Source: Acidimicrobiia bacterium
GTDB taxonomy: Bacteria > Actinomycetota > Acidimicrobiia > Spongiisociales > ZC4RG35
Reading direction: 5' to 3'
NCBI GenBank assembly: GCA_035292605.1
Contig: DATDPT010000155.1
Span: forward strand, 1,408-65,407
DNA: 64,000 nt
Both the position numbers and the translations under genes were made by a program. The notes below the pieces were generated by a model. The model was not told the DNA's origin. It searched no databases and worked only from the letters and a program-made list of their open reading frames with translations. The number at the start of each line of letters is the position of its first letter. Position 1 is the stretch's first letter. Positions 42,185 through 51,930 of the stretch are shown here, piece by piece.

Positions 42185-43336
42185 TCAACTCAGATTGAGC
42201 TCGAGACCCAATGTGTTGGCCGCCTCCACCAGGGTGTCGGCTTGAAGCTCCAAGGCGACGATTGTCTCGAAGATGGCAACCCGGCCAGGATCGTCGTCAG
42301 GGACACCCGGCGCCAGGCTCTTGTCGAAGGGTGCAGGAATCGCCCCCGCTGCCGAGACGCTGAAGACGATTTCGTCTCGGAGCTTGGCTGCCAGGTCGGC
42401 ATCGGTGGCTGCCAGGAGCTCGTCGATCCCGGGACCTTCAACCCCGTTCAGGTCACCCAGATACGCTCGCTGAATACCGGCGGCGTTGGCGACGATGTCC
42501 GAGGTCGTGTTGTCCGAGAAACAGGAGTGCTCGTCTTCCTGGGAATGTTCCTCGTAGGCGACGGTGAGACGCTCCCCCGCCAACTCACCCCGGCTCAGTT
42601 CGCCGATACCGGTCAGAATCATCCCCAACGCCTCAGCCGGCGGCAAGGCCAGGAATTCGGCGCGGTAGTTGTCCTCCACATCAGGCGCCCACTCATCGAC
42701 CAGAGACTGCAGATGCCCGAGCAGGAGATCCGAGGCGACGGTCAGATAGCCGATCCGCCGATTGGCATTTGGGGCCGTGGTGAAGTCTTCCAGGGAACGA
42801 GCTCCGGCCCCGTCGGGAGATAGGTCCTGACCCCAGAGCAGGAACTCGATCGCATGCCAGCCGGTGGAGACGTTGGTCTCACCCCCGACCTCGTTGAGAG
42901 AACCCAACAACTCGGCGTCGATGGTCGGGTACTCGTCGGGGAGATTGACGATGCCTGATTCCGGTGCCCCCTCGACGTAGTCGATGTACGCCTCGTCCAG
43001 GGGCCAGGCATTGACCAGGCCTTCGACACCGGTCTCGTCGGCGTCGATGGGGCCCCCGTAGAAACGAAAGGCCTCGGTGGGCCCGTAGTCGTCACGTGCC
43101 GCGATCCAGGCTTGGCGCGCCGCCTCGAGGTTTGCCTGGCTCGGGTCGGCGGCCAGCGCATCGATCGCTGCATCCATCTCTGTTGCCGACGCCAGACTCA
43201 TCGAGTACGACTCGTGAACGACGTACGCATACTGCTCCACTACCTCATTTTGTAGACCCTCGTCGGCATCGCTGCCGCAGGCGGACAACGCCAATATTCC
43301 TGCAATCAAGGCGGTGAAGCTCCTCTTCCGGTCCAT
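42185..43336 (-). CDS. imelysin family lipoprotein (iron-regulated protein A-like)
   Basis: Track ORF. Lipobox LALSACG and the GWHAIEFLLWGQD motif. Confidence 0.75.
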   Translation of the reverse strand: MDRKRSFTALIAGILALSACGSDADEGLQNEVVEQYAYVVHESYSMSLASATEMDAAIDALAADPSQANLEAARQAWIAARDDYGPTEAFRFYGGPIDADETGVEGLVNAWPLDEAYIDYVEGAPESGIVNLPDEYPTIDAELLGSLNEVGGETNVSTGWHAIEFLLWGQDLSPDGAGARSLEDFTTAPNANRRIGYLTVASDLLLGHLQSLVDEWAPDVEDNYRAEFLALPPAEALGMILTGIGELSRGELAGERLTVAYEEHSQEDEHSCFSDNTTSDIVANAAGIQRAYLGDLNGVEGPGIDELLAATDADLAAKLRDEIVFSVSAAGAIPAPFDKSLAPGVPDDDPGRVAIFETIVALELQADTLVEAANTLGLELNLS

Positions 43337-43425
43337 GAGTCCTCCTAGGCTCCCAAACTCGTTCGGTAGCTAAAGATATTTCCACTATCCTCGTAGTGCA
43401 AATTATTTCAGGAGGATTTGCAGGA

Positions 43426-43563
43426 CTAGCCGATGCGGTCGATCAACCACAGGACGCCCTGCACCAGGCGCCACCCGAGGTAGATCACCACCAGCACCAC
43501 CATCAGCTTGAAGCCGAAGGGCGCCTTGAGCTCCTCGCCTTCCGGGGGTTGGGGCCCGCTCAT
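43426..43563 (-). CDS. small membrane protein (45 aa), not in the ORF track
   Basis: The ATG overlaps the der stop (ATGA). Translation: MSGPQPPEGEELKAPFGFKLMVVLVVIYLGWRLVQGVLWLIDRIG, with one clear TM segment. Confidence 0.45.
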   Translation of the reverse strand: MSGPQPPEGEELKAPFGFKLMVVLVVIYLGWRLVQGVLWLIDRIG

Positions 43564-44873
43564 CGTCTCTCGCCCATGCGGGACACGATGTGGATCGGAC
43601 TTCCGGTGAAGTCCGCCTCCTGGCGGATCCGGTTCTCGAGAAACCTCAGATAGTCATCTCCGAGCTCGCCACCCGAGAGGAAGACGACGAAGGTGGGAGG
43701 CGCAGTGCCCGCCTGGACGACATAGTGGATCTTGGGCCGGCGCCCCTTCCGCACCGGGGGCGGATGGGCTTCGATCCACTCTCTGACCACCCGATTGAGC
43801 TGCCCGGTGGGGATACGGGTGGTCCGCGAATGGAGGACGGCCTCTATGACCTCGGGCAGACGCCCGACACGTGACCCGGTGCTCGCCGAGATCCGGACCA
43901 CCGGCGCCCAGCCGACGAAGCCGAACCGATCTGGCAAGGATCGCTCCGTGATCTCCCGTTGCTCCTCGTCGATGGCGTCCCACTTGTTCAAGATGATCAC
44001 CAAGCCCACACCGGCATCCACCACCTCGCGGGCGATCCTCTGGTCCTGATGGGTGACGCCGTCCTCCGCATCCACCAGGAGCAGGGCGACATCGGCGTCG
44101 GCAAGCGCCTGGCGGGCCCTGAGCACCGAGTAGAAGTCGGCATCCTCGGTAATCTGGGGCTTGCGGCGGATCCCTGCGGTGTCGACCAGGCGGTATGGCT
44201 TGCCATCCATTTCGACATCGGTGTCGATCGGGTCCCTCGTCGTGCCAGGGATCTCGGAGACGATCACGCGATCCTCCCCCGCCAGCCGGTTGAGGAGCGT
44301 GGACTTCCCCACGTTCGGTCTCCCCACGATCGCGATCCTGGGAATCTCGTCGTGCTCCGGCTCGACGCGGCCCTCGGGCAGGGCATTGACCACCTGGTCC
44401 AGCAGGTCTCCAACCCCACGCCCGTGGTAGGCACTGATCGCATTGGGCTCGCCCAGGCCCAGTCTCCAGAACCTGTCGATGTCGGCCTCCAGCCTTGCGT
44501 CATCGATCTTGTTGGCGGCGAGGATCACCGGCAGGCCAGAGGCACGGAGAATCGAAAGGACCCCGGTGTCGTCATCGGTCAGGTCGGCAGTGCCATCCAC
44601 GACGAGGATCACCACGTCGGCCCCGTTCACCGCGGCTTCGGCTTGTTCCTTGATCGATTGGTTGATGCCACCAACCGGTTTGATCTCCCAACCGCCGGTG
44701 TCAACCATGAGGAACTGTCGTCCCGTCCAATCCGCCTCGAACTCGCGGCGATCCCGGGTAACCCCTGGGGACTCTTGGACCACGGCTGAGCGTGACCCGA
44801 TCACACGGTTGACCAGGGTCGACTTGCCGACATTGGGGCGGCCGACAATTGCAACTACGGGAAGAGTGCTCAC
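43560..44873 (-). CDS. der: ribosome biogenesis GTPase Der (EngA)
   Basis: Track ORF with two GTPase domains (GRPNVGKST twice) and a KH-like C-terminus. Confidence 0.95.
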   Translation of the reverse strand: MSTLPVVAIVGRPNVGKSTLVNRVIGSRSAVVQESPGVTRDRREFEADWTGRQFLMVDTGGWEIKPVGGINQSIKEQAEAAVNGADVVILVVDGTADLTDDDTGVLSILRASGLPVILAANKIDDARLEADIDRFWRLGLGEPNAISAYHGRGVGDLLDQVVNALPEGRVEPEHDEIPRIAIVGRPNVGKSTLLNRLAGEDRVIVSEIPGTTRDPIDTDVEMDGKPYRLVDTAGIRRKPQITEDADFYSVLRARQALADADVALLLVDAEDGVTHQDQRIAREVVDAGVGLVIILNKWDAIDEEQREITERSLPDRFGFVGWAPVVRISASTGSRVGRLPEVIEAVLHSRTTRIPTGQLNRVVREWIEAHPPPVRKGRRPKIHYVVQAGTAPPTFVVFLSGGELGDDYLRFLENRIRQEADFTGSPIHIVSRMGERR

Positions 44874-44918
44874 CTCAGCATGCCTCTGGAGGCTGACATT
44901 CTCGCCAGACGCCGGCCG

Positions 44919-45977
44919 TCAGGTGCTGACGAGGTTCAAAGCCTCGCTGGCGGTCCACTCCCGATCCCGTTCCAGCCAACCCTCCTGTGCCGGTTGACGG
45001 GCGGTGACCCCGGCTTCCACCAGGCCCTGCAGTGTCGAGACAAAAGCGCGCAGCTGGGGCGGGAGCGGGAAGTACTCCTGTTCCTCAGTAGAGGACCAGA
45101 GCTCGAATCCTGAGGTTGGTGCCAACCGCTCAATGACCTCCTGCACAAGATGGTCAGGAGCTGATGCCCCTGCGGTGAGGCCTACCGTGGCCACGCCCTC
45201 GAGCCACTCGTCCTTGATGTCGGCTGCCGAATCGATCCGATGGGCAGACACGCCGTTCTCCCGGGCCACCCTGACCAGAGCCTGTGTGTTCGAGGAGTTG
45301 TGCGACCCCACCACCAGGATAAAGTCGCAGGATTCGGTCAGTTCTTTCACGGCGTCTTGGCGATTGGTCGTTGCGTAGCAGAGGTCGGATTTGCGAGCGA
45401 TGTGAAGCTCGGGGAATCGATCCCTGGCATCGTCCATGACTGCCATCCACTCATGGACTCCCAGTGTGGTCTGGGCAAGCAGCGCCACCTTCCCGGCATC
45501 AGCCGGTTGATATCGGCCCAGCCCGGTCTCGGGCTCAACCAATGTGATCGCGCTTGGTGCCTCAGCAATGGTGCCCACCGCCTCGTCGTGGCCGGAATGG
45601 CCGACGTAGATGATCTCGTAGCCATCACCGGCCATCCGCTTCACCTCATGGTGGACCTTGGTGACGAGCGGGCAGACGGCATCGATCACCACCGCCGCCC
45701 GATCCGCGGCGCCCTGCACCACTTCAGGCGCCGAGCCGTGGGCCGAGAGCATCACCGGCGCCCCCAACGGCACTTGTCCGATGTCGTTCACGAACACAAC
45801 GCCCACTCCCTCGAAGGCGCGAACCACCCATTCGTTGTGGACGATCTCGTGATAGCAGTAGACGGGGCCGTCGAATATGCGGGTCATCCACGTGAGAGCC
45901 TTGATCGCCATCTCCACGCCGGCACAGAACCCCCTGGGCTCGGCGAGCAACACACGTTCCACCGTCATGACGGTCAT
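44919..45977 (-). CDS. ispH: 4-hydroxy-3-methylbut-2-enyl diphosphate reductase
   Basis: Track ORF. LAEPRGFCAGVEMAI, and LytB-like over the full length with a C-terminal extension. Confidence 0.92.
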   Translation of the reverse strand: MTVMTVERVLLAEPRGFCAGVEMAIKALTWMTRIFDGPVYCYHEIVHNEWVVRAFEGVGVVFVNDIGQVPLGAPVMLSAHGSAPEVVQGAADRAAVVIDAVCPLVTKVHHEVKRMAGDGYEIIYVGHSGHDEAVGTIAEAPSAITLVEPETGLGRYQPADAGKVALLAQTTLGVHEWMAVMDDARDRFPELHIARKSDLCYATTNRQDAVKELTESCDFILVVGSHNSSNTQALVRVARENGVSAHRIDSAADIKDEWLEGVATVGLTAGASAPDHLVQEVIERLAPTSGFELWSSTEEQEYFPLPPQLRAFVSTLQGLVEAGVTARQPAQEGWLERDREWTASEALNLVST

Positions 45978-45996
45978 GGTAGGTCGGGCCCGAGAC

Positions 45997-46647
45997 TCAG
46001 ACGGATCGGTCGCGCACCAGTTCGACCACCCTGGCCACCACGTCGTCGAATGTCAGATCCGAGGTATCGATGACCACCGCGTCCTCGGGGATGGTGAGCG
46101 GAGACACAGCTCTGGTGGAGTCGAGATGATCTCTTCGGCCCAGGTCCTCCATCACTGAGACGTGATCGCGACCGGTTTCGACAGCCCGGCGACTCGCCCG
46201 CACCTCGGGCCGGGCGTCGAGGAAGATCTTCAATGTGGCGTCGGGAAAGACAACCGATCCGATGTCCCGGCCCTCGATCACCGCTCGCCCCTCATGATGC
46301 CGCACCCATTCACGTTGGTGCGACACCAGGGTCCGCCGGACCTCGGGGTTGGCGGCAATTCGGGAGACGATCGCCGTCACGTCCGGCCCCCTGATCTCTT
46401 TGGACACGTCGTCGCCGTCGAGGAACATCTTGCCTCCCTCCTGATCAAGGCCGGAGTTGTCGACGACACCGGTTACCGCCTCGTCATGGTCAGGGTCAAC
46501 CCCGGCCCTGATCACCGCCAGGGTGGCCGCCCGATAGAAGGCGCCTGTGTCCAGATGAGGGAGCCCCGTCTTCGCTGCGACCGCCCGACTGACTGTGCTC
46601 TTGCCGGTTCCACTCGGCCCGTCGACGGTCACGATGAGATGGCTCAC
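45997..46647 (-). CDS. cmk: cytidylate kinase
   Basis: GTG 46647 inside track ORF 45997..46812. VTVDGPSGTGKSTVSRAVA...LDTGAFYRA. Confidence 0.9.
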   Translation of the reverse strand: MSHLIVTVDGPSGTGKSTVSRAVAAKTGLPHLDTGAFYRAATLAVIRAGVDPDHDEAVTGVVDNSGLDQEGGKMFLDGDDVSKEIRGPDVTAIVSRIAANPEVRRTLVSHQREWVRHHEGRAVIEGRDIGSVVFPDATLKIFLDARPEVRASRRAVETGRDHVSVMEDLGRRDHLDSTRAVSPLTIPEDAVVIDTSDLTFDDVVARVVELVRDRSV

Positions 46648-46842
46648 GACGTGCGAGGTTATCGGTGGTCTCGGTGTGAGAGGACCCCGGCCCACTGAGG
46701 GGCGTCCTATTGGGGATTCGGACAATGGGGCTGTGGGACCGGGAATCCTCTCCGCGCCGGCCAACCTAGCGAACCCGGCCGGTGCGTGACGGTTGGAGCT
46801 GCTGTCTCCCATGTAATTGAGACAAGGAGGGGGTGGCTCAGA

Positions 46843-48102
46843 TCACAGAGAGTCGAGCATGTCCCAGAAGCCGGGCCAGGTCTTGTCGACCACCTCGGGA
46901 CCCTCGATCTCGATCCCCGGCTGGGCCAGGCCGACCAGGGAGAACGCCATCGCGATCCGGTGGTCGCCGTAGGTGTCCACTGTTGCGGGATGCAAGTCAC
47001 CAGGCACGATCACCAAACTGTCTCCTTCGAGCCGAGCTTCGCCACCGACATTCCGCAGTTGGTCGGCGAGCGCCTGGAGCCGATCAGACTCCTTGTGACG
47101 CAGCGAGCCGAGACCGTCGAGACGGCTCTCGCCGTGGGCGAAGAGACAGGCCACGGCCACCGCCAGCGCCCCGTCCGGCATCTCCGAGAGATCGATTTCG
47201 ATCGGCTCGAGGGGGCCGCCACTCGAATCGATGGTGGTCGACTCGAGCTCCAGGGTGACACGGCATCCCATCGCGGTCAGCACCCGGGCGATCTGAAGGT
47301 CGGGTTGTCGTGACGAAGCCCCTAAACCGTTGATGGTCAGGCTCCCACCCTGAATCGCCGCCGCCACCAACGGATAGACAGCAGCGGAGGCGTCCGGCTC
47401 GACTTCTAAGTCGACGGCCCGATACCCGGTGCAGCCCACGTGGAACTCCTGGCCGGAACGTTCGACAAGGGCGCCGAAACTCGTCATCACGGACAAGGTG
47501 AGGTCGAGATACCCGGTCGACCCGTGGAGGCCATCGAGGGCAATCGTCAGCGGCTCCGTGGCCAGCGGCGCTACCAGGAGAAGAGCCGTGGCAAACTGGG
47601 TGGTGTCCTGTGCGGGGACTCTCACGTAGCCCCCCCGGAGCGATCCTGACCCTTCGACCACCAATGGGAGGCCGCCCTGGTCCGATCGAACGGTCACTCC
47701 CAACGCGGCCAGCGCCTCGACCAGGCCGCTCATCGGTCGCTGGGGCAGACGACCGTGTCCCACGATGTGGGTCGGGCCGGGCACCAGGGCTCCCAAGGCG
47801 ATGAGAGATCGCGCGGTGAGACCGGACTCCCCCACGTCGATCGGGGCAGGAGACGGGACCAGGGCGCCACCCGTCCCCTCTACCGTCCAGTTGCCGTCGC
47901 CCTCCCGTATCCCCACCCCGAGAGAGCGCAGAGCTCCCCGGGCGGCCTGGGTGTCCCCCGAATCCGAGGGGTCGCCGAGATGCGAGGTCCCCTCGGCCAA
48001 CCCGGCGGCGAACAGGGAGCGAATGGTGAGTGACTTCGAGCCGGGCGGCCTGATGGTCGCTTCCAGCGGCCCCTCCCTCACCGGGACCAGGCGGCTGCTC
48101 AT
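46843..48102 (-). CDS. aroA: 3-phosphoshikimate 1-carboxyvinyltransferase (EPSP synthase)
   Basis: Track ORF. PGSKSLTIRSL...LGNAGT-like regions, and the expected length. Confidence 0.92.
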   Translation of the reverse strand: MSSRLVPVREGPLEATIRPPGSKSLTIRSLFAAGLAEGTSHLGDPSDSGDTQAARGALRSLGVGIREGDGNWTVEGTGGALVPSPAPIDVGESGLTARSLIALGALVPGPTHIVGHGRLPQRPMSGLVEALAALGVTVRSDQGGLPLVVEGSGSLRGGYVRVPAQDTTQFATALLLVAPLATEPLTIALDGLHGSTGYLDLTLSVMTSFGALVERSGQEFHVGCTGYRAVDLEVEPDASAAVYPLVAAAIQGGSLTINGLGASSRQPDLQIARVLTAMGCRVTLELESTTIDSSGGPLEPIEIDLSEMPDGALAVAVACLFAHGESRLDGLGSLRHKESDRLQALADQLRNVGGEARLEGDSLVIVPGDLHPATVDTYGDHRIAMAFSLVGLAQPGIEIEGPEVVDKTWPGFWDMLDSL

Positions 48103-48827
48103 GTGTCGGCCTTCCCCGACGCCAAAAGGCGGCTGACCTCGTCGATGGACAACAGCCTCGACTCGCCAGGCTGGAGGGACTGATCGGAGATAGGGCCGAT
48201 CGCAGTCCTCACCAACTGAATCACCTCGTGGCCGATGGCCTCGAACATCCGGCGGATCTCTCGATTCCGCCCCTCTCCCAGGATCATCTCGACCATGGTC
48301 TCATCTTCGCGGCCGCCCAAGATGCGTGCGGAGAGGGCGCGGGCCGGCCCATCGCTGAGCTCGACGCCGATCGTGAGACGGCGAATCTCTGCGGCCGTCG
48401 GGCGACCCGCAACCACCGCGACGTACTTCTTCGTTATCCCGTATCGGGGATGGGTCACCCGGTTGGCAAGCTCTCCATCGTTGGTGAGGAGGATCAACCC
48501 CTCCGAGTCGGAGTCGAGGCGACCCACCGGGTACAGACGATGAATGCTGGGGACGAGATCGACGACCACTGACCGACCCTGAGGATCCGACGCAGTGCTG
48601 ACGACGCCCACCGGTTTGTACACGAGATAGGTCTCCAACTCGGGATTGAGAGGAATCGGGACACCGTCGATCGTGAGGAGCTGCGCCGAGACGTCGACTC
48701 GGTCACCAAGTCCGATGGTGCGCCCGTCGACGGCCACCCGCCCGGAGGCGATGGCCTCCTCCGCCGACCGACGCGACATCAGACCGGAGTGGGCGATGGC
48801 TTTCTGAGCGCGGACCGGCTCCGCCAC
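48099..48827 (-). CDS. rluB: pseudouridine synthase (RsuA/RluB family) with S4 domain
   Basis: Track ORF with the catalytic motif VGRLDSDSEGLILLTNDG. Confidence 0.9.
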   Translation of the reverse strand: MAEPVRAQKAIAHSGLMSRRSAEEAIASGRVAVDGRTIGLGDRVDVSAQLLTIDGVPIPLNPELETYLVYKPVGVVSTASDPQGRSVVVDLVPSIHRLYPVGRLDSDSEGLILLTNDGELANRVTHPRYGITKKYVAVVAGRPTAAEIRRLTIGVELSDGPARALSARILGGREDETMVEMILGEGRNREIRRMFEAIGHEVIQLVRTAIGPISDQSLQPGESRLLSIDEVSRLLASGKADT

Positions 48828-48830
48828 GTC

Positions 48831-49403
48831 TCACCCATTCCCAGGGCGGAGGGTCTCCTCGAGGGAATCGACGATCTCGGCCGGCGGGATGTGATCGGCG
48901 AGGGGCGGCAACTGGCTGAGTGATTCGAGTCCCAGCTTCTCGAGGAGGAGTCCCGTCGTCACGTATACCGCAGGATTTCCCGGTAGGTCGAGACGCTCCT
49001 TCTCCTCGATAAGCCCGAGACGCTCCAGGGTGCGCACTGCCGAGTCGGAGTCGACGCCCCGGATCTCTGAGATCTGGCTCCGGGCCACGGGCTGGCGATA
49101 GGCAATCACCGACAAGGTCTCGATGGCAGCCGGCGAGAGCCTGCGGGCAGTAGCCGATGACGAGAACCGTTCCAGATAGGGGTAGGCGTCAGGGTGGGAG
49201 TACAAACGCCAACCTCCGGCGACAGAGCGCAGGACAATCCCCGAGCCCCGCTCCTCCAAGTCTCTGCGGAGATCCTCGAGCAACTCTTCAACCCTTTGCT
49301 TTGGGATCTCCAGGACCTCCGCCAGCTCCCCAATGGGCACCGGCGCCTCGGTGACGAAGAGCACAGCCTCCAAAGCGGCGGTCTCGTTCACGGCGCAGCC
49401 CAT
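48831..49403 (-). CDS. scpB: segregation and condensation protein B
   Basis: Inside track ORF 48831..49550. ATG 49403, or GTG 49391 which overlaps the scpA stop (GTGA). ALEAVLFVTEAPVPIGELA. Confidence 0.88.
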   Translation of the reverse strand: MGCAVNETAALEAVLFVTEAPVPIGELAEVLEIPKQRVEELLEDLRRDLEERGSGIVLRSVAGGWRLYSHPDAYPYLERFSSSATARRLSPAAIETLSVIAYRQPVARSQISEIRGVDSDSAVRTLERLGLIEEKERLDLPGNPAVYVTTGLLLEKLGLESLSQLPPLADHIPPAEIVDSLEETLRPGNG

Positions 49404-50152
49404 TCCGAGGTCAGGTCGACACCGCCGATGTCCCGATGCTCGACACGGATCTCGCCGAGCCAGTCCGGCTGAGAGATGGCAATCAGCCCCCATCGGGCCA
49501 GCTCGAGCAGGGCCAGGAAGTAGGCGGCCACCTCGACCCGGCGCCGGCAATGTTCGGTGAGGTCGTCGAAGCTCGCCATCGTCAGTTCGGCGACCCGGCT
49601 TCGCAACTCGTCGATCGCCGACTCCACGGAGGGAAGGTCGAGATCCAGATGATCGAGATCGGGCTCGGCATCCCTCCTGCTGAACACTCTGAAGGCGGTA
49701 GCCGCCAAGCCCGATGAGTCAACCGGGATCGTGAGGTCGGGTGGCACTGCCTGGATCCGCTGATCCAGGCCCGACGTCCTAGGCACATACCGATTTGCCT
49801 CCTGCAGTCGCCGGAGGAGGACCGCACCCACATCCTTGAAGGTCACGCACGCCAGCAGACGGGAAAGAAGACGGTCACGTTCCTCGATCAGGGCCAGCTC
49901 CTCGTCCATATCGAACTCTCCGCGGCCCGGCAGCAATGACTGCGCCTTCAACTGGATCAGGGTGGCGGCGATCAGTGCGAACTCCGAGGTGACGTCGAGA
50001 TCCATGTCTCTCATCTCCTCCAGAAACGAGACGTACTCGGTCACCACCTCGGTGAGCCCGACCGCGGTCACCTCGACCTGGTGCTTGGAGATCAGCTGCA
50101 GCAGCAGGTCGAGAGGCCCTTCGAACACGGTGGTTTTCACATGGAACGACAT
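49388..50152 (-). CDS. scpA: segregation and condensation protein A
   Basis: Track ORF. FEGPLDLLLQLISKHQV. Confidence 0.9.
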   Translation of the reverse strand: MSFHVKTTVFEGPLDLLLQLISKHQVEVTAVGLTEVVTEYVSFLEEMRDMDLDVTSEFALIAATLIQLKAQSLLPGRGEFDMDEELALIEERDRLLSRLLACVTFKDVGAVLLRRLQEANRYVPRTSGLDQRIQAVPPDLTIPVDSSGLAATAFRVFSRRDAEPDLDHLDLDLPSVESAIDELRSRVAELTMASFDDLTEHCRRRVEVAAYFLALLELARWGLIAISQPDWLGEIRVEHRDIGGVDLTSEWAAP

Positions 50153-50163
50153 CAGCTGCCAGA

Positions 50164-50679
50164 TCAGGATATTCCGGGCCGGGTCCTGGCCAAGGTCTTT
50201 GGAGGTTGGTCGGCGCTTAGGAGCAGGTCCCAGGTACGGGCGTCGATCGTCACCGGGCGACTCTGGTGATGATGCCGGGCGAACTCGATCACCAACGGCT
50301 CGGCACCCACCAGCGCCAATTCCCCGGCTGCGATCTCCCCGTGGTCCCGATAGGAGAGGAAACGTCCTCGCAACGGCACCCGAAACAGAATAAGCAGTGT
50401 GGCCAGGACTCTCCCGATCACCCCCAGCCTCGCATGTCGTTTCCCGATGTCATGGAGCAGGCCGGCCCTGATCGATGTCCGGTCGTCGACTCCCGCGGCG
50501 ACCACGGTCAATGCAGCGTTGTATCCGTGTCTCTGGTCGACACTCGGTTGGGCGAAGAAGATCGGGGGCTCCCCCTCGTTGAGCCAATGACGCACCGCCG
50601 CCCGCTCGGATTCGATCAGAGGTCGGGCCCACAACACGTCGAAGAAGCGTCGTGTCAGATGGCTCAGAGAGCCCGGCAC
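50164..50679 (-). CDS. HD domain phosphohydrolase-like protein
   Basis: GTG 50679 inside track ORF 50164..50826, 5 nt after the preceding stop. LLHDIGKRH motif. Confidence 0.7.
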   Translation of the reverse strand: MPGSLSHLTRRFFDVLWARPLIESERAAVRHWLNEGEPPIFFAQPSVDQRHGYNAALTVVAAGVDDRTSIRAGLLHDIGKRHARLGVIGRVLATLLILFRVPLRGRFLSYRDHGEIAAGELALVGAEPLVIEFARHHHQSRPVTIDARTWDLLLSADQPPKTLARTRPGIS

Positions 50680-50683
50680 TCGA

Positions 50684-51037
50684 TCAGCCCGCGACCTTTG
50701 ACTTGCACTCGACGCAGAGAACCGACTCAGGGCGGAATTCGAGGCGCGCCGGGTCGATCTTGTTCCCGCAGTTGTCACAGATCCCATAGGTGCCGGCTGC
50801 GATGTGTGCCAGCGCCTTGTCGACATTGTCCAGCTGGATCTTCAGCGAATCAACCAGCCCCAGAACCTCGGTTCGCTCCGCCGTGACCGCGGCGGCGTCG
50901 GCGAAGCTCCCCCCGAAATCGATGTCGGCGCGAAGATCACCGGTCTCGGCAGCACCGAGCTCGTCCAACTGATGGACGAGATGAGCGCGCTCCTCTCGAA
51001 GCGCCTTCTCCGCTCTGGCGATGTCCAAGGACATCAT
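50684..51037 (-). CDS. DksA/TraR family C4 zinc-finger protein
   Basis: Track ORF. CDNCGNKI...CVECK. ATGA overlap with the xerD stop. Confidence 0.85.
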   Translation of the reverse strand: MMSLDIARAEKALREERAHLVHQLDELGAAETGDLRADIDFGGSFADAAAVTAERTEVLGLVDSLKIQLDNVDKALAHIAAGTYGICDNCGNKIDPARLEFRPESVLCVECKSKVAG

Positions 51038-51930
51038 CGGCTCCTCGGGTGTGCCTGGATATAGACCTCCACGAGATGGGTAGCACTGACCTTCGTGTAG
51101 ATCTGGGTAGTACTGATCGTAGCGTGACCCAGGATTTCTTGTACGGTCCGGAGATCGGCACCCGACTCCACCATGTGGGTGGCGGCCGAGTGCCGGAGCA
51201 CATGTGGTGACACCTTCTCGGGCTCGAGCCCGGCTCTCGATGCGTTGACACGCACCACGTCGAAGGCTCCTTGTCGGGTCAGCCGCCGGCCCCTCATATT
51301 GAGGAATAGTGGGTCACCGCGCTGACCCCGAGCAAAGATGGCCAAGCGATCAGGGAGCCAACGGGAGATGGCAGTGACCGCCTTGCTCCCCAACGGCACC
51401 AACCTCTGTTTCGACCCCTTTCCGGTGACCAGGGCCACCCGGTCCTCGAGGTCGATCTTCCCCAGATCGATCCCCACGGTCTCGGATACTCGGGCCCCCG
51501 TACCATAGAGGAACTCGAGAAGGGCCGAATCACGCCGCCCTTTGACGGTCGCCAGGTCCGGCGCCTCGATCAGGCGAAACGTCTCGTCGATGGTCAGAGC
51601 CTTGGGAAAGGGATCGGGGCGACGCGGCGAGTCGAGTAGGAGCGTTGGGTCGGCTCGACGCATTCCCTCGACGACCAGGAAGCGATGAAGCCCACGCACC
51701 GCGGCGATCTTGCGGCTCACGGTCGACATCGCCAGGTCCCGGCTGTGGAGATGACTGACGAACCCCTCCACCAAGTCCTGGTCGGGCTCCCTGCCCTCGA
51801 GGAACGCCAGATATTGGTCTAGGTCCCGGCGATAGGCGCTGATCGTGTTCTGGGCAAGACCGCGCTCGACGCGGAGTGCAACCAGGTATTCCTCGACACA
51901 TTCAGGGAAACTCGGCGAGCCTGGGCTCAC
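51034..51930 (-). CDS. xerD: site-specific tyrosine recombinase XerD
   Basis: GTG 51930 overlaps the ald stop (GTGA) inside track ORF 51034..52434. Core-binding and catalytic domains (LLEFLYGTGARVSE, HVLRHSAATHM, LGHATISTTQIYT). Confidence 0.9.
   Translation of the reverse strand: MSPGSPSFPECVEEYLVALRVERGLAQNTISAYRRDLDQYLAFLEGREPDQDLVEGFVSHLHSRDLAMSTVSRKIAAVRGLHRFLVVEGMRRADPTLLLDSPRRPDPFPKALTIDETFRLIEAPDLATVKGRRDSALLEFLYGTGARVSETVGIDLGKIDLEDRVALVTGKGSKQRLVPLGSKAVTAISRWLPDRLAIFARGQRGDPLFLNMRGRRLTRQGAFDVVRVNASRAGLEPEKVSPHVLRHSAATHMVESGADLRTVQEILGHATISTTQIYTKVSATHLVEVYIQAHPRSR

Noticed and set aside
43337-43425. Possible IdeR/DtxR iron box (TTCGGTAGCTAAAG) upstream of the imelysin operon
   Set aside because: Aligned to the 19-bp TWAGGTWAGSCTWACCTWA consensus, it needs gaps and matches only one half-site.
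51034-51930. xerD as the integrase of the modules
   Set aside because: It lies 35 kb away, embedded by overlapping stops and starts in the conserved ald-xerD-dksA-like-HD-scpA/B operon. It is the housekeeping recombinase, relevant only as the presumed host enzyme acting at the dif-like sites.
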